A DNA stretch of 64,000 nucleotides from Vulcanimicrobiota bacterium (GTDB lineage Bacteria > Vulcanimicrobiota > Vulcanimicrobiia > Eremiobacterales > Eremiobacteraceae): the NCBI GenBank assembly GCA_963812135.1, contig CAWETU010000001.1:1728001-1792000 (forward strand), in the 5' to 3' direction. A program made the position numbers and the translations under genes. This document shows, piece after piece, positions 59,835 to 64,000 of the stretch. The notes below the pieces were generated by a model. It made no database searches and was not told where the DNA came from. It worked only from the letters and a program-made list of their open reading frames with translations. Position 1 is the stretch's first letter, and each line of letters starts with the position of its first letter.

Positions 59835-60287
59835 ATGATAATGAGACGATTCGCGTTCCTCGCACTGCTCGTTGTGTGCTTGCTCTCGTCCTCTCCAAGC
59901 GCTGCGGCCACCGGCTGCGGTGCGCGGCCCGATTCGCTGTTCGCCCAAGCCGCGACCGACTACAACGCGGGCAACTACATCAACGTTTCGGCCGACATGC
60001 AGGAGGCGGCCTCCGACTATTACGCCTGCGCCAACCACGCCAAGGCGGCCGGCAATACCGCGAAGCAAGCCAGCTACGCATATTTTTACGGTCAATCGCT
60101 CTACGTCGCGGGCGAGGCCGAAGGCAAGCTGCACCACACCGCTAAGGTGAAAGAGCTCTGGTCAGCCAGTCTGAACGCACTACGTCCGCTCGGAGCGTCG
60201 CAGTATCTCACTCCGACCGAACAAGCGCTCGTCGCGCACGCGGTCAGCGTGATGACGCCCGCCCTGAAGGTTTTGAATCAAAGTTGA
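59835..60287 (+). CDS. hypothetical secreted helical protein
   Basis: Signal peptide, Ala-rich helical ORF. Confidence 0.65.
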   Translation: MIMRRFAFLALLVVCLLSSSPSAAATGCGARPDSLFAQAATDYNAGNYINVSADMQEAASDYYACANHAKAAGNTAKQASYAYFYGQSLYVAGEAEGKLHHTAKVKELWSASLNALRPLGASQYLTPTEQALVAHAVSVMTPALKVLNQS

Positions 60288-60309
60288 TCGCGGCACCCGC
60301 GCGCGTCGG

Positions 60310-60606
60310 TTAGCCGCCCGCCAGGGCCCCCACCACCATGAACGGCTCTGCGCCGCTCGCGACCTGGTTGGGCAACACTGACTCAGGTGGCTCGTGTGAG
60401 AGATCTTCTTCGCACGCGAAAAACCGGACGAACGCGCGCCGCTGTCGCGTGACGTGGTCGCGGATCGTTCCGCGCAACATCGGATAGCTCGCCTCAAGCG
60501 CGTCAAGCACGGAGCCGAGCGTTGGTTGGCCCTGCACTTCGATCTTCACCTCGCCGTCGACGTGGGCGATCTCCCGCAAGTGTGCCGGGAGCATGATTCT
60601 GATCAT
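60310..60606 (-). CDS. MoaD/ThiS family ubiquitin-like protein
   Basis: 98 aa ending ALAGG; ATGA overlap with the upstream gene. Confidence 0.88.
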   Translation of the reverse strand: MIRIMLPAHLREIAHVDGEVKIEVQGQPTLGSVLDALEASYPMLRGTIRDHVTRQRRAFVRFFACEEDLSHEPPESVLPNQVASGAEPFMVVGALAGG

Positions 60607-61718
60607 TGCAGCGTCTGGACCTCGACGGACAGCACGGCCGGCAAGTCGCGCACGATAGGGGCCCAGCTGTCGCCCGCATCCGCGGACGCGTAGACCTGCC
60701 CGCCGGTGGTCCCGAAATAGATACCGCTCGAATCGAGCGAGTCCACCGACGTCGCATCGCGTAAGACGTTGACGTAGCAATCTTTTTGCGGCAGGCCCTT
60801 GGTGAGCGCTTCCCACTCGTTGCCGCCGGTGCGGCTGCGGTAGACGCGCAGCTTGCCGTCGAGCGGGAAATGCTCGGAGTCGCTCTTGATGGGGACCACG
60901 TAGACCGTCTCCGGCTCGTGCGGATGGACCTCGATCGGGAAACCAAAGTCGGTCGGCAGGTTGCCGCTCACTTCGTGCCACGATTCGCCCGCGTCGTCGG
61001 TGCGCATGACGTCCCAATGCTTTTGCATGAAGAGCGTGTTCGGGCGCGACGGGTGCAGGGCGAGTCGATGAACGCAATGCCCGACTTCAGCATCTTGGTC
61101 AGGGATCTGCTGCGAACGTAAGCCGCGATTGATCGGACGCCATGTCTTCCCGCCGTCATCGGTTCGGAACGCGCCCGCCGCGGAGATCGCGATGAACATC
61201 CGCTGCGGATTGCTCGGATCGGCGATGATCGTGTGCAGGCACATGCCGCCGGCGCCCGGCTGCCAGTCCTTGCCGGTGTCGTGTTTGCGCAAGCCGGACA
61301 TCTCGTGCCACGTCTTGCCAGCGTCGGTCGAACGGAACAGCGCGGCGTCCTCAACGCCTGCATAAACCGTATCCGGGTCGGTCAGCGATGGCTCGAGGTG
61401 CCAGACGCGCTTGAATTCCCACGGGTGCGGCGTGCCGTCGTACCACTGATGCGTGCCGGGCACGCCGTCGTAGACGAATTCGTTGCCGGCTTGTTCCCAG
61501 GTTTTTCCGCCATCCCTAGAGACCTGGATGAGCTGGCCGAACCAGCCGCTGCTCTGCGACGCGTACAGGCGATTGGGGTCGGCGGGCGATCCCTTGATGT
61601 GATACATCTCCCAACCCGCGAAGTGCGGGCCGCTGACGTCCCACTTGTCCCGTTTGCCGTCGGATTCCAAAACGAAAGCGCCCTTACGTGTGCCGACCAA
61701 CGCGCGTACTCTGCTCAT
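60603..61718 (-). CDS. BNR/Asp-box repeat beta-propeller protein (sialidase-like)
   Basis: Repeated S/TxDxGxT/SW boxes, VGTRKG N-terminus; no signal peptide. Confidence 0.88.
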   Translation of the reverse strand: MSRVRALVGTRKGAFVLESDGKRDKWDVSGPHFAGWEMYHIKGSPADPNRLYASQSSGWFGQLIQVSRDGGKTWEQAGNEFVYDGVPGTHQWYDGTPHPWEFKRVWHLEPSLTDPDTVYAGVEDAALFRSTDAGKTWHEMSGLRKHDTGKDWQPGAGGMCLHTIIADPSNPQRMFIAISAAGAFRTDDGGKTWRPINRGLRSQQIPDQDAEVGHCVHRLALHPSRPNTLFMQKHWDVMRTDDAGESWHEVSGNLPTDFGFPIEVHPHEPETVYVVPIKSDSEHFPLDGKLRVYRSRTGGNEWEALTKGLPQKDCYVNVLRDATSVDSLDSSGIYFGTTGGQVYASADAGDSWAPIVRDLPAVLSVEVQTLQ

Positions 61719-61818
61719 CCATCGCTCCTCTTGTCGAGTGTTAACCGCCCTGGTGCTTGCAGCCGAGACACGTGCTCCCCTTCTCCAGAGCGCAATGATG
61801 GCATTGAGCGCTGGCAGC

Positions 61819-61859
61819 GAAAAGAAACGCCGCCGCGCGTGAAGTCGCGCGCGGCGGCG
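61819..61859 (-). terminator. rho-independent terminator after the phosphoesterase
   Basis: 12-bp GC stem CGCCGCCGCGCG / CGCGCGGCGGCG followed by TTTCTTTT on the minus strand. Confidence 0.75.
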
Positions 61860-61881
61860 AGTGTTTGCCGACCTTTATGTG

Positions 61882-63241
61882 CTAGAAGTCGTCGTCAGCC
61901 GGCTCGTTTGTAGGCGCGTGCATCAGCTGTGCGGTGGTCATCTCGCCGTCGATCATGACGAATTTGCCGGGCGGCCCGTAGAAGTTGAAGCAGTCCGACA
62001 GATCATCCGCTCGTGCGTCTGCGTTTCCCAATGAACCGAGGTTCCAGTTCTTCTCGACGAACTTCAAGATACTGGCTTGCTCGTGTTGGACGTGCGACAC
62101 GTAGCCACGTTTCGCGTACGGCGAGACGACGATGAGCGGCACGCGGAACCCGATCTCGTACGAGCTGTAGACGACCGGCTTGACATGATCGAACCAACCG
62201 CCCCAGTCATCCCACGTGATGAAAATTGCGGTGTTGTTCCAGTACTTGCTCTTTCCCACCGCGTTGACGACGGACGCGACCCACGCGGGCCCCGTTCCCT
62301 TGTTGCACGACGCGTGGTCTGACTCCGCACAGGTCGGGTTGACCCACGACACCTGTTGCAGTTTGCCGCTGCTGATGTCGGTGAGCACGGTCGTCTCAGG
62401 CGTGATGACGTTCGCCCACGCCGGGCCGTAACGCAGGTGCTTGATGGCATCCGGCGCGGACCAATAGCCGTTGTTGCCCGCGTCGTAGTAGCGCCATGTG
62501 ACACCCTTTGCGTTGAGCAGATCGATCAGCGTCGGGTGATCGAAGCAAGGCCGCATCACGACCGTCTCGTTCCCCGCGGGATCGATCATCGTGACTTGCG
62601 CTTTGGGCGACCCATCGCAGTTCTTGCCGTTGGAGACCCAGCCGCTCATCCCGGGATAGCGCGGGTTTTCCGCTGCCATCAGTTTGCTGCCGACGGCGTT
62701 GGTTGAGGTGCCGGCTATGATGAATTGGTGCGCAGGAAAACTCGGCCCCTGATTGTCCTGGAAGGTGCGATCGGCGAACGTGTACGTCGTCGCGAGCTTC
62801 CAATACGGCATGATCTGGCTTGCGGGGGACATAGCCAAACGCGGTCGGGTGGCACGGCTTGCGGCACCGGATCTTCACGTTGTCCCAGCCATTCATCTTG
62901 CCGCCGTTGTATTCGGTCAAGAAGCCCTTGTGGCTGTGATCGAGGTCGAACCGGTTGTCGAGCGGCCGCGGCATCAGCACGACCTTGACGCCCTTCGAGT
63001 TGTAACCGCTGTTCACGATGTCAGCGCCCGGCAGCCCCTGAAAGAGATTGTCCGGCGTACGATTTTCCTGAACGATGATGATGACGTGTTGAATCGGCTG
63101 TTGTGTGAATGGGGGTTTGCCGTGACATGGCCCGTCACACGGCTTGACGGCCGGAGCGGCGGTGGTCGCCGTCGGGTCCGCTTGCGAGAACACGAAGAGA
63201 ACCGCGATACAAATCGCCGCCAATGAAAGCGCCCTCAACAT
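61882..63241 (-). CDS. secreted phosphoesterase / phospholipase C family protein, one +1 frameshift in a C-run near 62824-62828
   Basis: QENRTPDN, GPSFPAH, WDDWGGWFDHV, GFRVP; two ORFs join on removing one C. Confidence 0.88.
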
Positions 63242-63445
63242 GCAGTTGCCTCCCGTCTTAAAGCCTAAGGTGCCCTGTGATCCCTAAACCAAGGACGCGG
63301 CTGTTGCCACGCCGCGGTTTTCTTGGGTTCGCGCGGCGGAGCCTGCGCGCGAGTCACGACGTCGAACACCTGGTCTTGCAGCGGCCAAGGGGGCGCACGC
63401 CGGCCCCAATTTTTCGCGGAGGATGTGGCGTCTTTGGCGAGAGGG

Positions 63446-63706
63446 ATGCGCGTGCCGGGACTCGTCATCAGCCCGTATGCGCGCAAGGGATTCATCGATC
63501 ACCAGACGTTGAGCTTCGATGCGTTCGCAAAGTTCATCGAGGACGACTTCCTCAACGGCAGCCGGCTCGATCCGCGAACCGACGGTCGCCCCGACCCGCG
63601 ACCGGACGTGCGCGAGAACCAAGCGATCCTCGGCGACCTGCAAAAGGACTTCGACTTCTCGCAGGCCCCGCGCGCGCCGCTCGTGCTTCCGGGCGGCCAC
63701 CTGTAG
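63446..63706 (+). pseudogene. C-terminal remnant of a phosphoesterase / phospholipase C gene
   Basis: RVPGLVISPYARKGFIDHQTLSFD..GDLQKDFDF with no upstream catalytic part. Confidence 0.7.
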
Positions 63707-63820
63707 CGCAACTGTGCCGCAGCTTACTCTCGTCTCGAAGCAGAGGTGCGGACCTGCGCACACGCAAAGGAAATCAGTCTCGTCGGCAGTGGCCCGGCGA
63801 TCTGATGGGAGTGCGATCGT

Positions 63821-64000
63821 ATGAAACTGCGAACGGCTTTGGTCTCGGGTCTGATGCTCTTGCTCGTCGCGTGCAGCTCGAGCTCGACGTCACCCACCCC
63901 CACGCCTGTGCCGCAGACGCTTTTCGTGGGCAACACGGGCGCGGTGAAGAGCTTGGAGACATTTCCGCTGACGGCGACCGGCAACGCGGCGCCCGCCACG
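63821..64000 (+). CDS. hypothetical lipoprotein, 3'-truncated by window edge
   Basis: GGGAG RBS; MKLRTALVSGLMLLLVAC lipobox, PTPTP linker, LFVGN..ATGNAAP. Confidence 0.75.
   Translation, partial: MKLRTALVSGLMLLLVACSSSSTSPTPTPVPQTLFVGNTGAVKSLETFPLTATGNAAPAT

Noticed and set aside
63702..63722. Further TGTAG REP-like copy
   Set aside because: TGTAG coincides with a stop codon and the following stem is too weak.

Overview
GC-rich (visually about 65%) bacterial chromosomal window with densely packed, mostly housekeeping genes. The gene mix resembles Candidatus Eremiobacterota or a related Terrabacteria lineage (inference). Recognisable loci: a xanthine-dehydrogenase-family Mo enzyme, a reduced helicase/Fe-S nuclease pair next to a catalytically degenerate Fic gene, an ECF sigma/anti-sigma pair, ggt, panB, a single-chain lipoyl-E2-E1 2-oxoglutarate dehydrogenase with lpdA, rlmI, clpB, a minor-pilin cluster, an imuA-imuB-dnaE2 cassette with a perfect Gram-positive-type SOS box, yitJ, rnhA, a phaB-phaB-phaC-XRE-phasin cluster, a BNR-repeat/MoaD pair and phosphoesterases. 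No tRNA, rRNA, CRISPR array, integrase or transposase was seen. The most unusual signals are: (1) a family of ~25-bp TGTAG-hairpin (REP-like) elements lying in frame inside four genes plus one free intergenic copy; (2) a pseudo-Fic / nuclease / helicase unit interrupted by a gene flanked by a duplicated Fic 3' end; (3) a membrane protein carrying an internal prepilin cleavage site (possible pilin polyprotein); (4) a lower-GC secreted-protein pair with an orphan paralog. Five +1 frameshifts probably reflect sequencing indels. All family assignments come from motif recognition by eye, not database searches.
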